In this document: positions 12,860 through 24,600 of the stretch, piece by piece
Layout of the letters: each line of letters starts with the position of its first letter
Position numbering within the stretch: position 1 is the stretch's first letter
From: Moniliella sp. 'wahieum'
Lineage: Eukaryota
Assembly: GCA_003971905.1 (NCBI GenBank)
Contig: RSEE01000070.1
Location: 124,001-188,000, forward strand
Reading direction: 5' to 3'
Length of the DNA: 64,000 nt
Program-made: the position numbers and the translations under genes
Notes under the pieces: model-generated
What the model was told of the DNA's origin: nothing
The model's database searches: none
The model's input: the letters and a program-made list of their open reading frames with translations, nothing else

Positions 12860-14909
12860 GAGGGCCCACACTCCCTTTCTATCGCCTGTTTCTCCCTTTG
12901 CCCTTACCACCCCCCCCCCCCCCGCGTGCAATAGCACGTGCTGGTGCGGGCACGCTCCGCACCTGTGCTGGCTGCTGGCCAATTGCTGCTGGCGGTGCAA
13001 AACGTACTAAATGCCAAAATGAATCCACAATGTCTCGTCTCAGATCTCAGGCTTGAAGGTAGTACTTGCATCGAGCTTTGCCATATGGCCTCCTGAGGTC
13101 CAACCAAGATCCTATTGCACTGATCTACCCGTGTTGATCCTGCTGTGTTGCTGGGGAGGAGCACTGGCCTCTCCCAAAGTCCAGATGGCATCGATGGCAG
13201 AATAGAAAGATTGAAAGTGAAATCGCGTTTCCATATGCGACCCTTCCCCGCCAGGAGTGGGGCCGACTGGCAGGCAATGAGCTTAGGCACCCCCCACCCT
13301 CACAGAGAGCAGCACCTGCGATCCGCCACTGTCAACGTCTTCCATCTACCGTTGGCCATGGTTTCCCTCGAGTGTGGGTGCTATGGGTGTGGTTCGCTAT
13401 CCCCTTCTGTCTGATAGTGCGATGTTGGACGCGGAGGCACACGTTCACTATATATATGACACGCTTTCTCTCCGCTTTAATTTGCGTTTGGTACACCAAA
13501 TTTAAGACGGCCAAGGATCTCTTCCTTGACGTGGGCGATGCCAGCAATAAGACGAAGCTGCGGCACATGCTGAAGAATGATGACCTGGCCACCCCAGGCC
13601 ACACTCCATCCAATACTTTTTCGTACCTTTTGGGTTGGCTGGGTGTGCAACTCGCGGCCTACGACTTGGGAGGTCACGTGCAAGCACCCCGCCTGTGTGG
13701 ATGGGCTACTTGCACGAGGTCGACAGACAGCGTTACTGTAGGTACTAGTCGTCCGCATGGTTGTTTCCTCCGACATTATCCCGCTTGGAGAGCGACATAA
13801 AAAGCTCGAATGGCTTCTTGCCATTGGGGAGCTTGCCAAGGTGCCCTTCTTTATCCTTGGTAACAGATTGACTTTTCTTGCGCGGTCTCCACGGAGTGGT
13901 GAGCTACGTCTCGTGGTTGGCCTTACTATATAATGCCAAACCATAGGTAAAGACAATGTGCTTCCCAACGACGTTCTCCCTAGAGATCTGCATGTCCTCT
14001 GTCGGTGGGCGCAAAGAGGATACGACAAGGGGTTCTACTGGTTCTTCCTATTCTTGCGTCCCTGTACCTCGTCTGCCGCAGAAAATTTCTGGGAACACTG
14101 ACTACACCTCTCGGTTGTATTTGAACACCCTCATCCATGCGCCTCTGCCCTTCAACTTTTTTCTCGGATCTTACCAATCAGAGGGTAATACGACTTTGAC
14201 GTGGGTTGTCTTACGCTGCTTTGTCGATGGACTCGCGTTTCCTCTGCCCATTCTTGATCGGGTTGCTTTTCGTATTCAACTTTTCTGCAAATTTCCTAAC
14301 TAAAGGCAAAACACTACTGCTGCGCGCCTGCATTATGGCCCACATTATATGCCACCTACAGACGGGGTGGTAATGACTGCCAAAAGTTCATGGATTGAAA
14401 CGGGTGGGCAGCAATTGCGAGCACATTGCACCCGTGTGTACTACGATCGAAAGGGACTAGCTATAAAGGAGTAGGCAACTGGGTGTTCCGAATGGGTGCT
14501 GTGGGCGCTGCTGGGAAATAAATGGATTGCCTCCGCAGACACAGGCCTCTGTGGTCTCGCACTGAGACTGCGCTTTAAATTAAGTCGCTTCCCTCGTGCA
14601 GCGACGCTATATTCCAGTCTCCGACGGGAGCACACAGGCCAGTACCACAGCGATTTTAATTTTGCCCACACTTAGTACGAGATGAGATCTCAGACTCTCA
14701 AGAGGGCAGCCGTCGACAACGTGAGACACTAGTACACCACCACTATCCTATAGAACCTATTTTTTCTGGGCGTATGCGTATAATGCATATACGTATGGCC
14801 TTTATAAATACCGTGTCCATGCCCCTTGCCATCGCCCCCCTCCCCCACACCACCAACCACAGCCCCTTGAGCAATGGCTGTACTCCCGGCTCAACAGCAT
14901 GGCACTTTC

Positions 14910-16236
14910 ATGAGCGCTTTGACCGCTGCGCGCACCGCGGTTGCTCGTGCTCTCACTACTACACGTCCGAAGAGAAGGAGGAAAGGAGAAGGAGAGGAGA
15001 AGGAGAAGGGAAAGAAAGGAGAAGGAGAAGGAGAAGGAGAAGGAGAAGGAGAAGGAGAAGGAGAAGGAGAAGGAGAAGGAGAAGGAGAAGGAGAGAGGAG
15101 AATGATGGGAATAAAGAAGCCGTCCGCTTTGCAGCACTTCGCATTCTAGGCCGTGGCGGTTATGGCACTGTTTACCTTGCCAAGCGTTCAACCGATGGAA
15201 TGCTTTTGCCGTGAAGAGCATCCTCGTTATCTCACCCCAGCAACAGGGACCACACTAAGCACATTCTGAATGAGATCCACCTGATGCGCATCCTTTCTCA
15301 CCCCAACATCACGGCGTTGGTCCATTTCTTTGCCAGCACCCCATCTGTGTACGTATCCACCTCTCCCTAGAGTATGCAACGAAGAAGGCTTCAACGCTCC
15401 GGAGACCTGTTATACTGACATGACATATATTTGTGTTCATCGTGTGGGTTTTGCATTACAGTAGGACCCCAGACAAGCTCAATTCGATCTGCATCGTGAT
15501 GGAGTATGCACCAGGGGGGGACCTCAACAAGGTCTTGCGCCTCGCTTCCAAGAGCCGGAAGAATGGGGATGTGGGCCTGCCAGAGCGCACAATCCGCATT
15601 TACCTTCGCCAAGTGATCAGTGCCTTGGTAGCCTGTCATGATCATTATGGCGACATTGCCATCGAGCCGCACAAGTCCATTCTCCATCGTGATGTCAAGC
15701 CTGCAAACATTCTCGTGGACCAGCACGGGCGCCTGAAACTGTCTGACTTTGGGTTGGCCGGCGTGACGCGTCATCATCGGCAACTGTATGGGCGGTGTGG
15801 CACTCCAGGCTACATGGCCCCAGAGGTCTTGTTCCCCGACGGTACGCATACCAGCCCCAAGTCGGACCTCTGGTCAGTAGGTTGTATGTTGTACGAGATG
15901 TGCACCTTCCAGCCCCTGCTTAACATCGTCCCACACTCGTCCAAGAAAGAGAGCAAGGACGAGTACCGCAAGATCCTGTTCCGGCGGACCATGCGCATCT
16001 CCAATCCCGCCGTGCCCGCCAAGTATTCGCCTTGGCTCGTCCGCCTTCTGCACCGGCTGCTGTGTATCGACCGTACAAAGCGTCCCTCAGGGCCTGAGAT
16101 TCTTGCCATGCCCGAGTTGACCCAGGAGATTGAGGCCACCGAGCCCCCCGTGGAGGCAAGCGCCACCGCGGCGGAGAGCAAGGAGGAGGGCCACCGTAAG
16201 GCAAAGGCGCGCGTCAAGCAAGTCGCCTTCCCGTGA
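14910..16236 (+). CDS. Divergent NIMA/NEK-like Ser/Thr protein kinase (start uncertain)
   Basis: LGRGGYGTVY, AVK, NEIHLMRILSHPNI, IVMEYAPGGDL, ILHRDVKPANIL, DFGLA, GTPGYMAPE, KSDLWSVGCMLYEMC. Intron from 15349 (GTACGT) to 15461 or 15464. TATA-like TTTATAAATA at ~14801. Confidence 0.8.
15017..15094 (+). repeat. (AGGAGA)13 hexanucleotide microsatellite in the kinase N-terminal region
   Basis: 13 perfect AGGAGA units read directly. Confidence 0.95.
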
Positions 16237-16731
16237 AGAGGGGTGTACATGGGGCGAACCCACAATGAGGGAATGGAGATGGAGGTGGCGAACAGAAAAC
16301 AAGACCCATATACGGAGCGTGGGGCGAGGGCTGATGAAGACGATGTCCTCGCTTGTGTTTTAATACCGACGAGACGGTGTTCCGGCGAGCTTTTTTGTCG
16401 CTTATTGTGCGACGACGACTCGGTTGTTTCTTCGCACTTCTATCCAAACAAACACCAACATTTTGAATACGTATCTCTTGTCTCCACAGTGTATGTGATC
16501 GATGTGATCGATAGGACATAGGACAAGTTTTCCGAAAACAGGGTAAACTTCTATCTATAGTGTTCCCAAAGGAAGATATATATACGATCATTTACAGGCG
16601 AGAGCCTCTTCATCATCTTCATCAGTAGTACACCCGCGAATTGGGCACACTCACAGGAGCAACATGGACTACAGTTATGATCGTAAGAGACCCGTATTTT
16701 GTAGCACACATTAGTATTAGTCTTGCTAGTA

Positions 16732-16912
16732 CACGTCCATTTCATTGACAGAGCTTAAGGCTGGGACAGGGGGAACGCTACGTCTAAACCTAACCGTTCA
16801 TCTTGCGGGGGTTACTTGGAGGCGCCACTAAGGTCAAAAGGAACCAGGGGGATCGCCAGGATATCAGGACCCTCCGGTTCTCACCACCCGGTCCCGTACC
16901 CTAGGAAGCGTG
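16732..16912 (+). repeat. ~180-bp dispersed repeat, copy 1 (inverted relative to 52857-53035)
   Basis: CACGTCCATTTCATTGACAGAGCTTAAGG...GTACCCTAGGAAGCGTG is the reverse complement of 52857-53035, with 6 substitutions and one 2-nt indel by manual alignment. Confidence 0.93.
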
Positions 16913-17390
16913 TGTGGACACGGAGGAACGTGGTTGACATCCGAGCGAGGAAAATATATAACTGGTTGAGGCAGTTGATGCTATAGGTAACGACTCTGGG
17001 TAGACAGATGTGTGGACCATCCATACTCAGCTGGCATTAGCGCCATTCGCGCTAGTATAATGCGAGGCAAAGAGTCGCTGCAACTCGTGGGGTTCATCCC
17101 TCGGTCTCTCTCACGATAAAACGGTGGACTTGCCTCTGCGATGCCCCAAGACGGACGAGAGATATAGTAGCGCTCCATTTTTATATTGCGATCCCGCGTC
17201 TACCAACACAAGATGCAGCCACCTGCATTGACATCCGTCCAGAGGCAGAAATATATGGGAGTTAAAAGAGGAGACAGCTATTGCGGTTCAAGCGTTCCTC
17301 ATCATGGGGTTGCGCGCGTAGAGTACAAAAGAAAGGCTCCTAGTTTTGCAGCAAGAAAGTGAACTGGTCAAGAGCCTAGAAGGTTGCATT

Positions 17391-18875
17391 TTACTCTTCG
17401 CTCTTCTCCTTCTTCTCCTTCTTCTCTTCTTCTCCTTCTTCTCCTTCTTCTCCTTCTTTTCCTTCTTCCTACGCTTGCGCTCCTCTTCGGTCTCCACTGC
17501 CTCCTTCGTTTCGTCGCCATCCTCCGCCTTGCGCTTCTTGGACTCTACCGCCGGCTCGTCAGATGCAGGTGCGGTAACAGGGGCAGCAGCAGCGGCAGTG
17601 GCAGCAGGTGCCGCCGTAGGCTCCGGGTTGCCGCTGTAGTCAACGTAGTTGTTGGTCCACGATGCAGGTGTGACACCGTCAATGACCTTGCCGTGCTTGT
17701 CCAGCTTGCCTTCCTTGACCAGCTTCTTCTTCTCGCTGGCCTTGGGCCCCAGACCCCAGCGGCGCGGGTACACGTCCCGCTCCATGATGCAACGCTTCAC
17801 CTTGGCTGCCACACCGTGATCACACGAGCTCAGGTCCGTCGTCGTCATCTGCGCCACACCCAGCGCGATAGCCTCGCCCTTAGTCGTCATCAGTACCACC
17901 TCCTCGTTCACCTCAATACCAGCCTCGTAACGCAGCACACCAGGCAGCATCAACTTGGCGCCGTAACACACTGCGTTCACCGCGCTGTCCCGCACCACAA
18001 TACGCTTGTATCCAACCAGCAGCGTCTCCAGCGGACTGATTACGTGGCGCAGATAGCTCTCTGGAAAATAGCGAGAAAAGTCAGTGGCTGACAAGTTCTT
18101 TCGGAGCAAGAAATGGGGGGGAGGGAGTTAGACGTACCGTCGCGTTGGTTGTCGTACAACCATTGGGCATCGAGCACGTCGTGCATCGTCACCATGTTGT
18201 CGTCTTCGGACAAAGCCCCAGACCGGACACGGCGCAGCTCCTGCATGTGACCACCCACACCGAGGAGAAGACCAAGGTGCACACAGAGGGTACGGATGTA
18301 CGTCCCCGCTTCGCACGATACCCAAAACACGGCGAGCTGGCGGTCATTGTCAAACTCGATGAGCTTGGATTGGTGGATGGTACGGATACGCAGCTGGCGC
18401 TTCACCGCACTGATCAACGGCGGGCGCTGGAACAGGGCGCCCGTCAGGGTCTCCAGAGCACGAGGAAGCTTGATCGGGTCCTCGAGGCGGTCGTGGAGAC
18501 GGAGGACGCAAACGTACTCCTTACCGGCGCCTTGCTGCGACTTGACCAGGCGCGTGGCACGGTCAATGCACACAATCAAGCAGCCGGTTACCTTGGGGTC
18601 CAGCGTGCCCGAGTGACCCGTCTTCTCCACGCGCAAGATGCGGCGGATCCAGGCGACACCTCGTGCGACGAAGGGTTGGCAGGCTTGTCCAGGTTGATCA
18701 CACCCGACGAGATGTAGGTCTTGAGGTCGCGCTTGAGCGGGCTGCTGCCAGCAGGGATGGGGGTGAAGTGGCTGCTGCGGACGAGCAAGCGCTCGTAGTT
18801 CTTGAGCAAGAGGGGCCACTCGCTCGAATTGAGCTTGGGGCCGCTCGCATCAGGCGCGAGGACGTGGTCGGTCAT
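17391..18875 (-). CDS. CBF5: H/ACA snoRNP pseudouridine synthase Cbf5/dyskerin
   Basis: [58 protein letters not shown] domain ([15 protein letters not shown]), KKE-repeat tail. Intron 18061-18137 restores RDESY. Confidence 0.97.
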
Positions 18876-19289
18876 CGTGGCGGGCGGTGGTTGGATCCCA
18901 GAGCGGCCGGCAGCCTTTGCTTTTTGCTTCGTAGCGACCGTTCGTCCGACCGTCCGGCCACCTTTTCCTCTGTGCAATTTCCTGTTTTTCGAACGGTGCA
19001 ACAGCCATTCCGCCGCTTTGCGGAATGAAGCAGGCGGGGGCGAATTAATCAGGAGAGCGCCGATTCAAGTGAAATTTCAACCCGCCTGCATTTCACACCT
19101 GGATGCGGTGAGGGGCTGTGGCCAGTGACGCTGCACGGGGGCAGCTGGGGCGCGTGGGGCGGTGGCAGCCGAGGGCCGGGGGCCGGAAGAGTGGCGCCGT
19201 GGGCAGCTATCGATCGCAGTGTCGCCCGCTCGCCACCACCATCTCCGTCGCCCCCAGCACCCCCCTCGCTTTCCTCCCCTGCCCCCAGT

Positions 19290-20620
19290 ATGCCCTCTCC
19301 TCCAAAGCCCTGGGAACAAGCCGGCGCCACCGGAGCGTCCGACCTGCCCACCACATCTAGCACTGCTGCGCCCGACCTGCCCGCCCGTCCTGCCTCCCTC
19401 TCCGCCACTGCCGACCCGATGACGACGGGGGTTGCCTCCACTTCGGCCCTCGGCGGCACGACCGGGTACGGCGGCATGGGGAGCAGCATGTCTCCCTACT
19501 CACGCCTCGGCAGCGGGTATGGAGGGTATGGATCCTCATACGGAGGGTACGGCTCTATGGGCTATGGCGGCCTTGGCTCGTACGGCGGCATGGGCTACGG
19601 CGGAATGGGCGGCTATGGCTCGTACGGTATGGGCGGGTACGGCGGTATGTACGGTGGTATGGGCGGCATGATGGGCCAGCCTGGTATGGAAGGCGGCCTG
19701 ACGCAGCGCATGGAGGCCGGGACCCAGGCCACGTTTGAGCTGATCAGCAGTATCGTGGGCGCTGTGGGCGGCTTTGCCCAGATGCTGGACAGCACCTTGA
19801 TGGCGACCCACAGCAGCTTCTTCGCTATGATTGGTGTTGCGGAACAACTCGGTCACGTTCGCAACTACCTAGGAGGGGTGCTGAGCATCATGGCTCTCGT
19901 GCGGTATGCTAAGCAGGCCCTCTACCGCCTCACCGGCCTCGGTAACATCGACCAGCCACCCCAACTGGATGTGTCTGCGTTCCGCGACTTCGCAGGTGTG
20001 GGGGACAAGGTGCCACATGCCAGCGGTGGCGGCGGTGGGAAAAAGCCACGGCCGAACAAGAAGCCTTTGCTGTTCTTCCTCGCGTGCGTCATTGGCCTTC
20101 CCTGGCTCATGTCCCGCCTGGTACGCGCAATCAACGCAAAGCAAGAAGCTGAGCGTAAGCGCATCCAAGCTGCCTCTGACTTGGGCTTGCCCATCGCTGG
20201 ACAAGACGCCCATGCTGCTGGCGCGGCTGCCGGCCTGCCTTCCACCAACCAGGCGATGGCGCCGAAGTAGCTCAGCTTGACCTGAGCAAACTCACATTTG
20301 CACGTGCGCTGTACGCTTTCCCGGCTACAGACCCTCTCGAACTGAGCTTGCAACCCAATGACATTGTCGCTGTTTTGACCAAGAACGATCCAGCTACCGG
20401 GCAAGAAAGCCAATGGTGGAAAGGTCGTACACGTGATGGCCGCGTCGGCTGGTTCCCAGCCACGTATGTCGAGTCCCTCGAGGCTGCCAAGGCAAGGGCA
20501 GCCAAGCTAAAGCCGAAGCCATCGAGGGAAGCCCGTCTGCGCAGGCTGTTCCTGCAGTGGGGTTGCCGGCTCAGAGTGATTCTGCAAAGAGACCCTTGCT
20601 CTCAGAAGCAGTTTCTTTAG
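19290..20620 (+). CDS. PEX13: Peroxisomal docking protein Pex13
   Basis: MPSPPKPWE start, YG-rich region, TQATFELISSIVGAVGGFAQMLDSTLMATHSSFFAMIGVAEQ, TM segment, C-terminal SH3 (FARALYAF..ELSL..QWWKGRTRDGRVGWFPATYVE). Frameshift near 20265. Confidence 0.95.
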
Positions 20621-21673
20621 GGAGTTCCTTTCTTGCCTTGAGCAACTCACCCGCAGTTCTCGGCGTTAAAACCCCGTTCCCTTGCGTCTCCATCCCGTGT
20701 ACTTTATTCTATGCCCATGCTTACCCTGCCGATTTCGACCCAATCCACAGTCCCCTCCACAATCCCTGTCCTATTGGCGAGCATTACCTGCACTCCCTGA
20801 TGTATCCCTATCCTGATCTCTATGGAAACTGTAGGGGGCGAGATGGCGACGAGACCTCATCGTAAGGCGTTCACATTTCGTTTTTTTACGTTGGAGTCCT
20901 CTGATGAGGGTCTCTTTACGCTCCCAGGCGTTCACGCTTCATTTTTTTCCTGGGAGTTCTCTAGGATTAATCGCTATCCTCTCATCAGACATTGCGGCAC
21001 TTGCAACAGCTTGTAGTGTCTCCCATCAGGACACTAGTACGTGTGGGAAGGCCGGGGGAAGAATAAGGGGGGGGGAAGGAATGCGATGCAGCAGTGAAGG
21101 GAGAATGCCATTGCGCATCAGGTGGTGTGGTCGCGGAGCACAGCAGTACATAGTGGCGATCAACTGTTCAGCTCAACGTACTCAACAGGAAGGCCAGAGG
21201 GAGGTGCCTGTTCGGTGGTCGGGTGTTGGATGGCGGGGAAGGGTCGGCAGGTCTTAGGCCGTCGGAAGAAACCCGTTCCGAGCCAAGACGGCACAGCCCT
21301 GGCCGGAAGACGAGCGGGGGGTATTTGTGCGCCCCAGCGCGGTTGATGCTCTGGTAGGGGTTGTGGGGGACACTGGACTGGTGCGAGCACGTGTGCGATG
21401 ACGTCGCCCGAACGGGTTGGTTTCGTTCAGGAGTCGTGGGTGGCCAGCGGGTGGAGGCGGAATGGGATCGAATTGATGCTCCACGCCGAAAACACCGGAC
21501 TAGCAGCGCCGCCGCCACGATAACCCCTTCACTGCCCCTTCCTCGTCGCCTCCTCTGCCGCTGCCGTCGCCATTGCCACCCCACCGCCACCGCCACTGCC
21601 ACCGACATGCTGTGCTGAGTGTCCTCATCCCTCTCTTTCTCCCGCCGCACCACCCCGCCGCCTGGTACCCGTG

Positions 21674-24600
21674 ATGGACAAACGCACGGCTGCGTTTGAG
21701 AACATCTTTGGCCGCTCCTCCGCTGGATCAGGCCACAGCAATGCATCCACCCAGAGACGCACTCCTCCGGCCCTCTGTCCGCCGGGGCCGCCCGACCACG
21801 GCCTGCGCCCACAACACGCACTACGCGGCTGCGGGGCGTGCCTCTCCCGGGCCTGCTCGCCACGAGCCCCGTACTCTGCCTCTGCCGCCTACGCCTACAC
21901 CCATCCGCCCTCTCCTCCGCCCCAGGCCCCGCCACATCCCCTCAGCGCAACCCCCGCCGCCTGGTATGCCGCCCCCCCTCCACCCACCACCGAGACCCGC
22001 CGCACCAGTTCGGCAGGCACGAGTGTTAGCGGCAGCGCCTCCCTCGCCGCTTCCTCCATGGGCAGCGCGGCCGCCATGTACCAGACCCCTTCCATCCCCT
22101 GGACCGCTCCCACGACTCAGGTGTCGGCCACGCATCTGGATCAGGTCCGCCAAAGGTTCTGCCACCGGCGCGTCCACCCAAGGTGCTCAAACCCCTCCCT
22201 TAGAATCCACTTCTGGCTCGCCCGCTGCGCCGATGCTTCCTCCCCTGCCCTTCACCGATGATCCCAGCAGTGCTTTCTTTGCTCCTAGCCAACCCCGCCC
22301 CTCGTCTCGCTCCGGCGCACGAACACCGTCGATTCCCTGGTCGGTCGAGAGCGCCACCCGGCCCCCTTCCGCTTCCCTTCTCCCTCTCCCCCGACTCGTC
22401 CCGCCGATCGAGCATGGCCTGGCCCAGTGGCTTTCTCTCCTCCACCGACGTGCCGCGCAGACACCTGCGTCCATGTCGGGTTGGGAACACAATAGGGCAC
22501 CATCTTACCCCGCTTCCATGATGGCTCCTCATCGCGGCGTGTATCGGATGCTTCTCTTGGGTGGGACCCTCGTAGCCGGCACGAGTCGCTCGGTTCGGAT
22601 GGTACTTCTGACGTTTCGGCTTACTCGGGGTATCCCTTTGGCCCAGGAACCCCTGGTAAATCAGTCTCATCCCATCGCCCTCCAAGCTCAGCAGCGAGTC
22701 AACCGCCTGGCGCGGGGGCTGCGCCAAATGGATCCTTGAATGGATCGCCGGGTCCGATCCAAGGTCACGCACATGGTCTGCGAGCTCTGACTCCCTACAC
22801 CTCGAATCAGTCACCGCTACCAGATTCAACCCCTTCTTACTCAACCGGCCTGTGGTGGGCACCAAATCATTCCCATAGTCACTCCCAGTCTCGCTCTTTC
22901 TTCTCTGGTCACCTTTCCTCACAATGGGACCACCTAACGGGCAAGTGGCGCCACAACCCTCACGAAGCTTCAGGAACTGCACCTCCCGCCTCGGCGCTCG
23001 TTTCATCTTCCACACCCTTTTCTGTCCCTTCCGCGCGCCCATTTCATCCCCTGAGGCTTCCCGTCCGTCCCTTCCTCTGGTTGCCTCCCCGTCGCCCCGG
23101 ATAGACGCGGGGACAAGAGATGAGCCAGTGTTGGGCCCCAACGATGCGGCAGCGGCATATGTGGATACGGCCGAGGGAAACCCTTCGTACTCGGCACCCA
23201 TGCCAGTCTACGCACAACCCCCTTTACGCCCTGTGGGATCCCTGTCGAGCCGGGGAACGAGCGTACAAAGCAGCTTACCTGCCCTGACCGATCCGAGCCA
23301 GGAGGAGAGCCGGAAAGGACATCTTAAGTCCAAGTCTTCTGGATCGGGATCAGCTATGGGGATGGTATACCCTGCGTTAATGTCGCAAGTGGCACGAGCG
23401 CTGAAGGAGCGAATTGTCGTGGCGGAGCGTAGCAAGGATGGGCTGCGGTACAAGGATGCGTTTGACGGGCAAGACGCGTCAACAAGCTGTGCCAGATTCT
23501 ACGCACCAAAGATCGTAACTTGGCACTTCTCCTAGGTCGTTCGCTTGATGCTCAAAAATTCTTCCACGACGTGACGTACGACCACCGTCTGCGGGACTCA
23601 CCCAACGAGATGTACCAGTTCCGGGTCCGTCTTGCCCCCGCTGGAGCACCTCAGCTCTCGTACCCCTCGGATGAGGGTAAAACCATCACCCCTGATGCCG
23701 AACACACTCTCACGGGATCAGAAGCGCCTACGCTTCTCGCCGCCGTCGCCATAGATCCAGCGCGCCGAGGAACCCCCACATGCTACTCCTGTTCCATCTA
23801 GTTCCTTGCACAACCCCCCACGCACTGCTACTTTGCGTTCGACGGCGACAACTGGTACCGAGTCATCCTCAGTGCCTACGCCTGCAGGGGAAACCGAATC
23901 AGAGGGCACCTCGCGGTCCAATCCCTGCGTAAGAAAAAGTCGATGGATCAGGCGCGCTTCCAGTATCGCCCACCTCTGGAGGAAGACGATTTCCCTTCGG
24001 GTGTTTTCACCCTTTTGACCGAATGTTATTCCCCCACGTGCACTGCTGAACGACTGTGCTACTCCATCACTTGTCCGCGTCGATGGGAACAGCAGGCGCG
24101 GATGAAGGAACACGAAGAAGGAGGCGTGACGCCCCTTGAGCAGTCAAACACAACTGCGCCGGCATTGGGACTTGTGGCTAAAGGTGGCACTTCGCCCATT
24201 CCGCCCCCCGGAGCTGCAACATCCGCTACGGCCGCTGCTGCCATGGCTGCTGAAGTGTTTGAGGATGACACGACAAGGTCCCGGGTGTCTTTGGGCTGAC
24301 TCGGTCCCCTCCGAGGTGCTCGCGCTGTACCCGAAAAGGAAAGGAAGCGCCAAGAGCGACTGAACGAAGTGGTGACGGAACGCAACTTCGTGCATGACCT
24401 CGAGTATCTGCGGGACGAGTGGATGGTCCCCTTACGTTCTCGTTCGGATGTTGTTCCACGTGGGCGGAGGGAGGAGTTTGTTACGCAACTCTTTTGGAAT
24501 GTGGAAGAAATCCTCAGCGTCAACGAACGTCTGTGCGAAGCCCTGGTGGCACGCCAAAAGCGCGCCTATGTGATGGACCAAATTGGAGACATATTCCTTG

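Noticed and set aside
16934..17256. Imperfect direct repeat TTGACATCCG..GAGG..AAATATAT about 295 bp apart
   Set aside because: Only 10 nt are exact and no element structure could be assigned.
17391..17475. (TTCTCCTTC)n repeat
   Set aside because: It encodes the well-known KKE tail of Cbf5.
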